This document shows, piece after piece, positions 16,670 through 25,889 of a DNA stretch of 64,000 nt. The DNA comes from Clostridia bacterium (lineage in GTDB: Bacteria > Bacillota > Clostridia > TANB77 > CAG-465), in assembly GCA_045637095.1 (NCBI GenBank), contig JAZTYX010000054.1, positions 1,373 to 65,372 on the forward strand, given 5' to 3'. Every line of letters begins with the position of its first letter. The stretch's first letter is position 1. A model generated the notes under the pieces. That model did no database searches. It saw only the letters and a program-made list of their open reading frames with translations, and was not told the origin of the DNA. The translations under genes were made by a program, and so were the position numbers.

Positions 16670-17779
16670 GTGTTAAAAATGAAAGGATTTTTTGAAAGAC
16701 AATGGGAATTATTCCTAGCTGACATGCAAGAAGTAGGTGAATTCTTCCTAGACGCATTTGGTGCTAACGAACAATTAATGTTAGGTGCTCCAAAAGCAGA
16801 TAAAGTTGAAGGAGAAGAAGGATTCTTCGCAAGAGAATTCAGACTATTCAAAGAAGACATGCAATCTTTAGGTGAAATGTTCATGGCTCCATTCGAAGCA
16901 GATGAACCACTTATGTTAGATTCAGCAGAACCTGAAATGCCAAAAGCAGAAGCAGACGGATTCTTCAAAAGAGAATGGGAACTATTCAAAACAGATCTAG
17001 ATAATGCCAATTCAGCTTTAGAAAGCTTATTTGGTATTGAAAAAAAAAATGATGAAATAGTTGAATGTGCTGATGTACCTGTAGAATTCAGAGATGAAGT
17101 AGATGTAAAACTTGAAACTTTTTTGGGAGAACCAATAAATGAGTTAAAAGAAAGTGCTTGTGGAGATAGAACTCAACACGAAGTTCTAAGAGACTATGCA
17201 GAATTCTTCAAACCATATGCAGAAAACCCAGATATGTGTCAAATGGCATTCAAAAAATACTATGACAGACATGCTTTAAAAATGGCAGTTTCTGAACTAC
17301 CTATCGAGCAAGTTAGAATAGTACAAAATAATGTAGACATATTTATCAAAGGTCAAGAATCATTTGGTGAACCATTTGTTGACTCAAGAGTTGATACAGT
17401 TTTCGAAAAAGCTGGAATCGATGAAGTAAACAAGGTTATCGGAATTATAGGTGACTGTGATTCTGAAGGTAAAACATTAAAAGGTGAAAGACTTTTTGCA
17501 GAAGCAGTAAATTACATGGTAGATCATGGTATAAGAGTTGCTAAGGATGGGGATTTAATTGAACCAGTTAGAAAAGCAATAGAAGCTCAACACGACGAAA
17601 TACACACTACAATGTGTTCATTTGAAGATGTTGGACCAGAATATCAAGAACTATTAGCTAAAGAAAAAACTTATTTAGCTGCATTAAATAGAATTGAGCA
17701 ATACGAAACTGAAAAAAGAATTGCTGCATTCGAAGCTAAAATGAGTGATGAAGTTAGCGGATTAGATGTAATACTTTAA
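16670..17779 (+). CDS. Acidic hypothetical protein with three tandem 46-aa repeats (GFFxRxWELFxxDMQ...), probably highly expressed
   Basis: Three consecutive 138-bp DNA repeats (16679-16816, 16817-16954, 16955-about 17090). Codon usage (TTC, GCT, CCA, AAC, GGT) matches rpsO rather than its neighbours. Strong promoter and SD. Confidence 0.7.
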   Translation: MLKMKGFFERQWELFLADMQEVGEFFLDAFGANEQLMLGAPKADKVEGEEGFFAREFRLFKEDMQSLGEMFMAPFEADEPLMLDSAEPEMPKAEADGFFKREWELFKTDLDNANSALESLFGIEKKNDEIVECADVPVEFRDEVDVKLETFLGEPINELKESACGDRTQHEVLRDYAEFFKPYAENPDMCQMAFKKYYDRHALKMAVSELPIEQVRIVQNNVDIFIKGQESFGEPFVDSRVDTVFEKAGIDEVNKVIGIIGDCDSEGKTLKGERLFAEAVNYMVDHGIRVAKDGDLIEPVRKAIEAQHDEIHTTMCSFEDVGPEYQELLAKEKTYLAALNRIEQYETEKRIAAFEAKMSDEVSGLDVIL

Positions 17780-17788
17780 AATGTTAAA

Positions 17789-17827
17789 AAGAAGTAAATG
17801 TATATAATCATTTACTTCTTTTTTTGT
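17789..17827 (+). terminator. rho-independent terminator
   Basis: AAGAAGTAAATG-tatataat-CATTTACTTCTT followed by TTTTTTG. Confidence 0.75.
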
Positions 17828-17926
17828 GCTTTTTAAGGTCTTAAAATTCCCTAAAACCCTTTACAAATCTACGCTTTTGGTATATTATATGGTTGTATTT
17901 AAATAAATAGAAATAAATAGGGGTAA

Positions 17927-19414
17927 ATGTATATGAAATTAGAATTAAAAGTTCAAAAAGATGGTGTAAATACACTAAAAGAGGAAGTGTTAAAACACAG
18001 TAACAGCAAATTAGAAAAAATGTATCTAGTTATGGGAAATGTTAAGGAATCTGGTTATGATGTAATAGAAGAAGCTTTAATAGATCTTAAAGCTAAAACT
18101 AACATTGTAATGGGGATAGATAAAAAGAACACTACTAAAAAGATACTAGATAATATAGTAACATATTCTAAGAATGTATCTGTGTGGGATAATAACGAAG
18201 ATAATGAACTTAATGCAAACGTATTTGTATTTGAGTATGAAGATGAAGCGTGCGTTTATACTTTTGCAGGAGATATAACAGATAGCGTTCTTGAAACAGA
18301 TACTACTATGTATACATATATAACATATGATTTAATTAAAGATAAAAAAGAATATGCAGCATTTATAGATACATTAACTAAGGAATTAAAAGATAAGGTA
18401 GAAAAATTAACTAAAGCAAAAATTGCTGAGTTAAGTGAGAATAAAAAGATATTTAGTTCAAGACAATATCTACACAATGTTCCAAGCATAGCTGAATTAT
18501 TAGGAAACAAAGAAACAGCTAAAAAAGAAACTCGTGAAGAAGTGGAAGAAGAAACAAAACAAGATTATGTGGAAGATGAAGAACTTCCTAAAGTAGAGCT
18601 TAATAAATTCAAAGATGTGGCTTTTGAAATTGACCTAAGCGATATGGATATTAGCATAGACGACATATCTGTTGGCTTAGTTGGAGAAACTAAGAAAAAA
18701 GATGCTAAGGTAGAAAAGAAGGAAGAACATGTACTTGACCTTACTGAAGCTTTAGAACAAGAAGCAAATCTGGGTGTAGAAGCTGAAGAAGTAGCTCTTG
18801 TTGAAGAAGAGGAAGAATATGTGGTTTCTGATGAAATAATAGATTTAGAAGAACTTCTTTTTGAAAAAGAAACAGTTAAATTAGACAAGAAAAAAGTAGA
18901 AAAGAAAATAAAGAAAGAAGCTAAAGAAAAAGAGGAAAATAAACCAGCTTCTAAAAAGATAGATTTAACTAAAGTATCTAATATAATAATGGAACTTCCA
19001 AAGAAAGCAACTAAAGGAAGAGATGCAGATGCAGTAAAAGTTCCAACATACATTCGTGAGATGATACCAGATTTCTTTGATGTAATGGAAAACGCTACAT
19101 TAGTAGAAAGAGAAGATGGTAAATACAAAGAAGTTAAAATAAAACTTGAAGTAATAGATGTTAATTCTGGGGAAAAACATATGGATAATGAAGCGATGTT
19201 ATCTCACAAGCTAGGACAAACATATGTAACTTTTGAATCACGTAAATTAATAAACGTAAACTATGAAGAATTAGATATAGCAAGGGTAATTAAATTATCT
19301 AAAGATTCATATCACATAGAAATAATTCCATCACATATGGAAGAATATAACCTATGGAAGAAGATGTGTACAAACACATTTAGAGGAAGCAGTAGACAAT
19401 ACGGCTTAATGTAA
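17927..19414 (+). CDS. Hypothetical protein: PLD-like N-terminal domain with a degenerate HKD motif, an acidic/Lys-rich linker, and a possibly B3-like C-terminal domain
   Basis: The N-terminal 150 aa (YLVMGNVKESGYDVIEEALIDLKAKTNIVMGID...NANVFVFEYED...) match PLD-like alternating strand-helix topology, but HxK is replaced by NAN. The C-terminal KVPTYIREMIPDFF...YVTFE resembles B3/EcoRII-N DNA-binding barrels. Confidence 0.4.
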   Translation: MYMKLELKVQKDGVNTLKEEVLKHSNSKLEKMYLVMGNVKESGYDVIEEALIDLKAKTNIVMGIDKKNTTKKILDNIVTYSKNVSVWDNNEDNELNANVFVFEYEDEACVYTFAGDITDSVLETDTTMYTYITYDLIKDKKEYAAFIDTLTKELKDKVEKLTKAKIAELSENKKIFSSRQYLHNVPSIAELLGNKETAKKETREEVEEETKQDYVEDEELPKVELNKFKDVAFEIDLSDMDISIDDISVGLVGETKKKDAKVEKKEEHVLDLTEALEQEANLGVEAEEVALVEEEEEYVVSDEIIDLEELLFEKETVKLDKKKVEKKIKKEAKEKEENKPASKKIDLTKVSNIIMELPKKATKGRDADAVKVPTYIREMIPDFFDVMENATLVEREDGKYKEVKIKLEVIDVNSGEKHMDNEAMLSHKLGQTYVTFESRKLINVNYEELDIARVIKLSKDSYHIEIIPSHMEEYNLWKKMCTNTFRGSSRQYGLM

Positions 19415-19429
19415 TAAGAGGGGTAATAA

Positions 19430-22400
19430 ATGCAGTTAAAAAGAATTGAAGTACAAGGCTTCAAATCGTTTGCAGATAAAACAATTATCGAATTCGATGG
19501 TGGTATAACAACAATAGTTGGACCAAATGGAAGCGGTAAGAGTAACATATCTGATGCGGTTAGATGGGTACTTGGAGAACAAAGCGCAAAGAGCCTTAGA
19601 GGTTCTAAAATGGAAGATGTAATTTTCGCAGGGACTAAGCATAGAAAAATGCTTGGTCTTGCTGAGGTTTCATTGGTATTAGATAATAGTGATCACAGCC
19701 TTCCTTTAGAATTTGATGAGGTTGTTGTAACAAGAAAAGTATATAGAAGTGGTGAAAGTGAGTATTTAATAAACAAATCTAATGTAAGACTTAAAGATAT
19801 TCAAGAACTTTTCATGGATACAGGTGTAGGTCGTGATGGATATAGTATCATTGGACAAGGTAAAATAGACTCAATAATATCTTCTAAATCTGAAGATAGA
19901 AGAAGTATATTTGAAGAAGCATCTGGAATTGTTAAATATAGAACTAGAAAAGATGAAGCTTTAAGAAAATTAGAGCATACAAATACAAACTTAGATAGAG
20001 TTAGAGATATATTAACAGAAATAGAAAACAATCTAGGACCATTAGAAAAGAAAGCAGAAACTGCTAAAAAATATCTAGAACTAAAAGAAGAATTAAAGGG
20101 GATAGATGTAAAGTTATTCTTAAACCTTATAGATAGTTCTAAGGAAGATATGGATGTTCTTGTAGAAAAACTAGAAGCATTACAAGCAAGTATAGATGAA
20201 AAAGAACAAGAAATATCTACAGCACAAAGAACAAGTGATGAAACAAGAGTATGTCTAGAAGAACTTCTTCAAGCTATAGAAACTACACAAGAAGCATATT
20301 ATGCATCACTTAATGAAATAGATAGATTAGTATCTAAAGTAGAAGCATATGACGATAGAGTGGCATTAAACAAAGAAAACATAGACAAGCTTAAAGAAGA
20401 AATTGCAGGTAGCGATACTAGTATTGCTATTCTAGAACAAGAAATAATAACTCGTTCATCTAAGAAAGATAATTTAGAAAAGAATAAAGAAAGATTTGAA
20501 ACTGAGCTAAAAGAAAAACAAGAAGAATTAAAAGAAATAACAGCTAATATGTCAGATAAAGAGCTTGAAATAGAAGAATTAAAAAGAACAGTTGAATCTC
20601 TAAAAGAAAATATTTCTGAACTAAAACTTAAGATTGCTACAGCAGAAATGAAGTTAGAAACAAATATAAAAAGAATAGATACAATAGCTAAAGAAGCAAG
20701 AGGAGATATTTCAAGTTCAGATGGCTTAAGACTTCGTGAAGAAGAAGTTAGAGGCGAATTCGAGAAAATTGCTAAATCTAGAAATACATTAAAAGATGAA
20801 GTTGAATCTTTAAGACAAGAAAAAGCAAGACTTGAAGAATTCTTTAGTACATTCTCAGAAAAAGAGAATCAATATAAACAAGGAATTCTAGAAACTCGTT
20901 CTAAACTAAACTATATGGTAAATCTTGAAGCGGAAAGTGAAGGATATACACGTAGTGTTAAGAGTATAATAGATCTTTCAAGAAGAAATGAAAAATACAA
21001 AGCACATGTATTTGGAACACTTGCAAGCTTAATTTCAACTACAGAAAAGTATGAAAAAGCAATAGAAATTGCAATGGGTGGATATGTACAAAACATAGTT
21101 GTAGATAAAGATAGTATGGCCAAAGACCTAGTAAACTTCTTAAAAGATGGCGCACTAGGAAGAGCAACTTTCTTACCACTTGAAAGTATTAAGCTATATA
21201 AAGAAGATATTCCAACAGCTGTTAAAAAAGAAACAGGATATATTGGAAACGCAATAGAACTTGTTAAATTTGATTCTAAATATGAACCAGCAGTTCGTTT
21301 AGCGCTAGGCAGAACAATAGTTGTAGACACAATAGAAAACGGTATTAAGCTTTCTAAAGTGGCTAAAAACAGTGCTAAGATAGTAACACTTGATGGTGAA
21401 ATAATTGCAACAACAGGAAGCATAACAGGTGGTAAATCTGAAGGAAAACAAATGACTCTTGTTGGACGTAACAGAAAGATAAATGAATACAAAGATAGAC
21501 TAGAAAAATTAGAAAAAGAATATAATGATCATATGAAAGCCATAGAAAAAGATAAAGGCAAATATGAAATGGTTGTAGAAAGATTAAATTCATTATCTGA
21601 TGAATACACAGTTGTTAATACTAATTACAGTGTTATAGAAGAAAGATTAAATGCTGTATTACGTGATTCGGTTAAAATTAAAGAATCAAGAAAAAATAAA
21701 GAGCAAGAAAAACTTGAACTTGAATCAGAAAACAAAGATTTAAGATGGGATATAGATGTAGCAAACAAAGAAATTGAAGCTACAAATGAAGAAATATCTA
21801 AACATCTAGAAGTTATTTCTGAATATGCAAGATTTAACAAAGAAAAAGAAGAAAGAGTAAACTTCTTAAACGAAGATATAATGAACCTTAAAGTTTCGTT
21901 ATCTTCATTTGATGAATCTGAAGCTGCTATTGATGAAATGGTAGATAAGATAAGACAAGATATTAATTCCTTTATGGCAAGTATCGAAAGAAAGAAAGAC
22001 TTAATTAAAGAGTATGAAAATACTTTAAATGAAAGTGAATCTAAGAATGAAGAAGATAAGAAAGCTATAGAAGAATTAAAAGTTAAATCCGAAGAATTAA
22101 AACTTGAAGTAGAAAAATTAAAAGAAGATAAAGCTGCAAATATAGCTAAACAAAGCGAAATAGAAAAGCAAACATTCGATTCTATGAAAACTCTAGAAAA
22201 ATTAAGAGATGAAAAGAATAAAGTTGATGCTAAGAAAAACAAATATGATAGTGATACAGAACTTCTAAAGATAAAAATGTGGGAAGAATATGAACTTACA
22301 ATATCTTCTGCAAGAGAATATAATAAAGCTTTAGATGCGCTAAATGAACTATCTAAAACAAAACTTGAACAAAGAGCAAGCAAGCTTAAATCTGAGATTA

Positions 22401-22999
22401 AAGGACTAGGAGAAGTTACAGTAAGTTCAATAGATGAGTTTAAGGAGCTTAAAGAGCGTGGGGAATTCATATCTAAACAAAAAATAGATCTTGAAGAAAC
22501 TAAAGCCAAACTAGAAAACTTAATAGAAAATACAACAGCAGTAATGAAGACACAATTTGCAAGACAATTTAAAGAAATAAACGAAAACTTTAAAGTTGTA
22601 TTCAAAGAGTTATTCGGTGGTGGTAGAGCAGAACTTAAACTAGTAGACGATAAAAATATACTAGAAAGTGGAATAGAAATAGAAGCAGAACCACCTGGAA
22701 AGAAACTACAAAACATGTCTCTATTATCTGGTGGAGAAAAAGCTTTAACAGCTATAGCAATATTATTTGCAATACTAAAAATAAAAGCACCTCCATTCTG
22801 TGTTCTAGATGAAATAGAAGCGGCTCTAGATGATATTAACGTTGCAAGATTTGCAAGTTATCTAGAAAAATACTCAGATGAAACACAATTCATTGTAATA
22901 ACACATAGAAAAGGAACAATGGAAGTTGCAACATCGGTATATGGTGTAACAATGCAAGAATACGGTGTATCTAAACTTGTTTCTATGAAGTTGAAATAA
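19430..22999 (+). CDS. smc: Chromosome partition protein Smc
   Basis: 1189 aa. N-terminal Walker A FKSFADKTIIEFDGGITTIVGPNGSGKSN, long coiled coils, a hinge, and C-terminal LSGGEKALTAIAILFA...LDEIEAALD. Confidence 0.97.
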   Translation: MQLKRIEVQGFKSFADKTIIEFDGGITTIVGPNGSGKSNISDAVRWVLGEQSAKSLRGSKMEDVIFAGTKHRKMLGLAEVSLVLDNSDHSLPLEFDEVVVTRKVYRSGESEYLINKSNVRLKDIQELFMDTGVGRDGYSIIGQGKIDSIISSKSEDRRSIFEEASGIVKYRTRKDEALRKLEHTNTNLDRVRDILTEIENNLGPLEKKAETAKKYLELKEELKGIDVKLFLNLIDSSKEDMDVLVEKLEALQASIDEKEQEISTAQRTSDETRVCLEELLQAIETTQEAYYASLNEIDRLVSKVEAYDDRVALNKENIDKLKEEIAGSDTSIAILEQEIITRSSKKDNLEKNKERFETELKEKQEELKEITANMSDKELEIEELKRTVESLKENISELKLKIATAEMKLETNIKRIDTIAKEARGDISSSDGLRLREEEVRGEFEKIAKSRNTLKDEVESLRQEKARLEEFFSTFSEKENQYKQGILETRSKLNYMVNLEAESEGYTRSVKSIIDLSRRNEKYKAHVFGTLASLISTTEKYEKAIEIAMGGYVQNIVVDKDSMAKDLVNFLKDGALGRATFLPLESIKLYKEDIPTAVKKETGYIGNAIELVKFDSKYEPAVRLALGRTIVVDTIENGIKLSKVAKNSAKIVTLDGEIIATTGSITGGKSEGKQMTLVGRNRKINEYKDRLEKLEKEYNDHMKAIEKDKGKYEMVVERLNSLSDEYTVVNTNYSVIEERLNAVLRDSVKIKESRKNKEQEKLELESENKDLRWDIDVANKEIEATNEEISKHLEVISEYARFNKEKEERVNFLNEDIMNLKVSLSSFDESEAAIDEMVDKIRQDINSFMASIERKKDLIKEYENTLNESESKNEEDKKAIEELKVKSEELKLEVEKLKEDKAANIAKQSEIEKQTFDSMKTLEKLRDEKNKVDAKKNKYDSDTELLKIKMWEEYELTISSAREYNKALDALNELSKTKLEQRASKLKSEIKGLGEVTVSSIDEFKELKERGEFISKQKIDLEETKAKLENLIENTTAVMKTQFARQFKEINENFKVVFKELFGGGRAELKLVDDKNILESGIEIEAEPPGKKLQNMSLLSGGEKALTAIAILFAILKIKAPPFCVLDEIEAALDDINVARFASYLEKYSDETQFIVITHRKGTMEVATSVYGVTMQEYGVSKLVSMKLK

Positions 23000-23018
23000 A
23001 ATTTGGAGGTAACAAAAG

Positions 23019-24332
23019 ATGAAAAAGGGAATATCATTAATAGTATTAGTTATAACTATAATTGTTATGATAATCTTAGCAGTATCTGTTGTAATTACGC
23101 TAACAAACACAGGAATAATAAATAAAGCAAATCAAGCGGTAAGCCAAACAAATGAACAACAACTCCAAGATTTAGCTGCACTTTTATGGGCGGATTCATA
23201 TATGGCTGGTAAAAGAGGAATAGAGCTAAAAGAAGAAGTTTTAGAACAATTAAAAGAATATAAAACAGATTATAGAATTCTTGTTACAGACAACGGTGTA
23301 ACAGTGCAAGATAGAAAAAATATTGACTGGAAAATGGTTAGAGAATATGATGAAAATGGGCTAATAACAAAAGTAATGTTAACAGATGGAATCGAGTCAT
23401 ATGAAATAGGAACAACTGTTAACTATATGCCAAGTGGAATTGGACCAACAAACTATAAATCTGGTTGGAAACTACTTGGAGTAGATGAACAAGGAAGATT
23501 GTTATTGATGTCTGCTTCGGATATATTAGGAGCTAAATTAAATGGAGAAGAAGATTTTGTAAATGGAATACAAAAGTTAAATAATTTAGTAGCAGATTAT
23601 AAAGATGGAACAGTAGGTATATCTTCAAGAAGTATAACTGTAGAAGATATAAATAAGATTACTGGATTTACACTAGAAGATGCAAATTCAACAGAATATT
23701 TGGCGTACAGAGTTGCATATAATAAACAACAAGGTATTGGCGGTACAGAAGAAGAATTATTAAATGGAGTATTACAAACAATGGGATTTTCGGATATATC
23801 TCAAGCTTCAATTTTAGATAGTGGCTTGGATATAAATATATCGTGGGATGGTACAAGATATCCTAAATGTACATATGTTCAAGATGGAGTTACTAAAACA
23901 TATAGTTTGCAAGCAGAACATAATTGGAATGGATTTAGATACTATGATGCCAAAACAAATAAATTTGTAACAGCTCCTTATGCAGAACAAGGCGAAATAA
24001 CTACAGTAACTAATAAGTTGTATGCTTATGATGGATTAGCAAAATATTCAGCGGATTCTAAAGCATATAAAATGCTATTTAAATATCCAAATAGTGAAAT
24101 TTTGGCTGGATATTGGTTAGCAACACACTATACACGAGTTAATGCTAAAGCGTACTTTATGGGGATGCATTATGTACATAGTGGTTTTGTAGCAGCTACA
24201 TATTTAATAGGTTCTCACAGCGGTAGTGCAGAATCAAGTTCTAGTGTTAGAGCGGTAGTAACTCTTGCACCAGATGCTGAACTTGTGGAAAGTACAAACA
24301 ATATTGGAACATATAACATTATAAAGGATTAA
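23019..24332 (+). CDS. Pilin-like / signal-anchored surface protein (family member 3), probably co-transcribed with smc
   Basis: Starts 20 nt after the smc stop, with SD GGAGG. N-terminus MKKG|ISLIVLVITIIVMIILAVSVVITL. Full-length paralog of the 44046 protein. Confidence 0.6.
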   Translation: MKKGISLIVLVITIIVMIILAVSVVITLTNTGIINKANQAVSQTNEQQLQDLAALLWADSYMAGKRGIELKEEVLEQLKEYKTDYRILVTDNGVTVQDRKNIDWKMVREYDENGLITKVMLTDGIESYEIGTTVNYMPSGIGPTNYKSGWKLLGVDEQGRLLLMSASDILGAKLNGEEDFVNGIQKLNNLVADYKDGTVGISSRSITVEDINKITGFTLEDANSTEYLAYRVAYNKQQGIGGTEEELLNGVLQTMGFSDISQASILDSGLDINISWDGTRYPKCTYVQDGVTKTYSLQAEHNWNGFRYYDAKTNKFVTAPYAEQGEITTVTNKLYAYDGLAKYSADSKAYKMLFKYPNSEILAGYWLATHYTRVNAKAYFMGMHYVHSGFVAATYLIGSHSGSAESSSSVRAVVTLAPDAELVESTNNIGTYNIIKD

Positions 24333-24346
24333 TAATAAAACAAACA

Positions 24347-24378
24347 AAAAGACTAAGATTTCTCTTAGTCTTTTTTTG
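24347..24378. terminator. rho-independent terminator (bidirectional)
   Basis: GACTAAGA-tttc-TCTTAGTC followed by TTTTTTT, with an A-run on the other side. Confidence 0.7.
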
Positions 24379-24386
24379 CTTTTCAG

Positions 24387-24842
24387 TTATTCAACTGTAA
24401 TGAAGTAATCATCTGTTTCAGTAAAGATATGATACAGATTATCCTTCATTTTTTGAAGCTTTGTTACAAATACGGTTGTGTCGATAAACGCGGGACCGTT
24501 GTCGCTCAAGTTTACGATAGATATATTGAGCGGTGCGTTTTGAATGGGTGTGTCTGTAGCGAAAGCGTAGGGGAGTTCAGAACCGGCGTAATGAAGTGCG
24601 TTGAAGGCAATGTATCTGCATGGACCGGTATTGATCATAGTATATTCTTCAGATGCAAAGTCAATTGAAAGAATACCATCGGTTAAAAATGCTTCAAACT
24701 TTCCGCTCTTTGAAGCAAGTTCAAATACCTGTACTTTTTTGCCAATAGACAACTTATCATGGAAGAATAAAACAATCTTCCAGTCCTTCTTAAATAACTT
24801 CTGATTGCGCTTTTCTGTGATGAATTTCTCCGTCTTAGTCAT
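24387..24842 (-). CDS. Hypothetical protein encoded by a GC-enriched single-gene island
   Basis: GC is about 45% against about 28% in the surroundings. The likely start is the internal Met (MTKTEKFITEK) preceded by GGAGG. The tracked ORF extends to 24929 without an SD. Confidence 0.5.
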   Translation of the reverse strand: MTKTEKFITEKRNQKLFKKDWKIVLFFHDKLSIGKKVQVFELASKSGKFEAFLTDGILSIDFASEEYTMINTGPCRYIAFNALHYAGSELPYAFATDTPIQNAPLNISIVNLSDNGPAFIDTTVFVTKLQKMKDNLYHIFTETDDYFITVE

Positions 24843-25095
24843 AAAACCTCCATAAAAATTATTTTTTGAATATGCGCTATTAACAGAAAGTATTATATCA
24901 TAAGGTTTTATTAAAATCAAGGTATACATAAAAAAGAGAAGAGACGTAAGTCTCTTCAGGGGTAATAATATAAAATAAATATTTGAGGGTATATAAAGGT
25001 AATATGTATTACTATTCTGTAATACAACTAAATTATATTACTAATATGTATTTTGTATTGTCGAAAAATATACTGTATTTGTAAAAAGAAAGACT

Positions 25096-25132
25096 ATTTT
25101 TGTCGAAAAAATAACAGGTTATTAAACCTGTT
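25096..25132 (-). terminator. rho-independent terminator of the 25131..25601 gene
   Basis: On the minus strand AACAGGTTTAATAACCTGTT is followed by ATTTTTTCG. Confidence 0.6.
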
Positions 25133-25601
25133 ATTTCTCATCTCTAATAAAGAGAAAGTATGCTTTACCGGCAAGAGTAGTTGTGTAGTATAAATCTTTG
25201 TCAAGAATTTTAACAGACGAGATTTTATCCATTACATGAGGAATTTCATGTGGTTTGTTTTCTTTAATAGTCATAACAGAAATACAAGGTTCGGTTTCTG
25301 TTTTAGGGACGTCGGAAATAAAACCAATAGATGTATGAACTCGTCTATATATTTTAGGGGTTATACAAAGGTGGAACGATTCAAATGGGTTGCTAATTAA
25401 ATAAAGACCGGGTTCGATAACTTGAACTAACTTGATTTTGTTAACAATAGTTTTTGCTAAAATTTTGTAGTGAATAAACAAAGTTGTACATTTAAATTTC
25501 CGACCTGTTTTTGGTTCTTTGTCCGAGAACGCTAAATGCCATTTTTTAGATTGCTCGTAAGCAATAGCTTCTTTCATGACTTGCTTATCTACGTCTTTCA
25601 T
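25131..25601 (-). CDS. Hypothetical protein (156 aa)
   Basis: SD GGAGG 5 nt upstream of the ATG. No recognisable family. Confidence 0.55.
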   Translation of the reverse strand: MKDVDKQVMKEAIAYEQSKKWHLAFSDKEPKTGRKFKCTTLFIHYKILAKTIVNKIKLVQVIEPGLYLISNPFESFHLCITPKIYRRVHTSIGFISDVPKTETEPCISVMTIKENKPHEIPHVMDKISSVKILDKDLYYTTTLAGKAYFLFIRDEK

Positions 25602-25889
25602 AATACCTCCAGTTCAAAATTATTTTTACATAGAATATTAAATGCTTTTTTAGTATAGCATTAGAGTGTAGAAAAGTCAAATAAGGAGTAGCTAGCATTA
25701 GCTACTCCTTGAGAGTAATATATTTAATATATTATAAAAAAGGATTTATGAAAAAGGTAAATGTACTCTACTTGAGAATACTCTTAAAGTATAGTATAAT
25801 AGCATAAAAATAGATGTCGAAATATATGGCTATAGTATAAAAGAAAAGTCATATATTGTAATAATATGAAATGTATAAAGAGGGTAAAA

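Noticed and set aside
21625-22716. 363-aa minus-strand ORF antisense to smc, and similar long antisense ORFs (35972..36667, 35489..35905, 18565..19128, 14031..14702, 20911..21492, 55359..55829, 57348..57863, 58603..59196)
   Set aside because: They are Ser/Leu/Phe-rich translations of the antisense of Lys/Glu-rich coding sequence. They have no SD, are fully embedded in well-supported genes, and this is a typical artefact in AT-rich genomes.
24851-24929. Upstream extension of the 24387 ORF to the Met at 24929
   Set aside because: No SD precedes that ATG, whereas the internal ATG at 24842 is preceded by GGAGG. The extension translates to low-complexity YTLILIKPYDIILSV.
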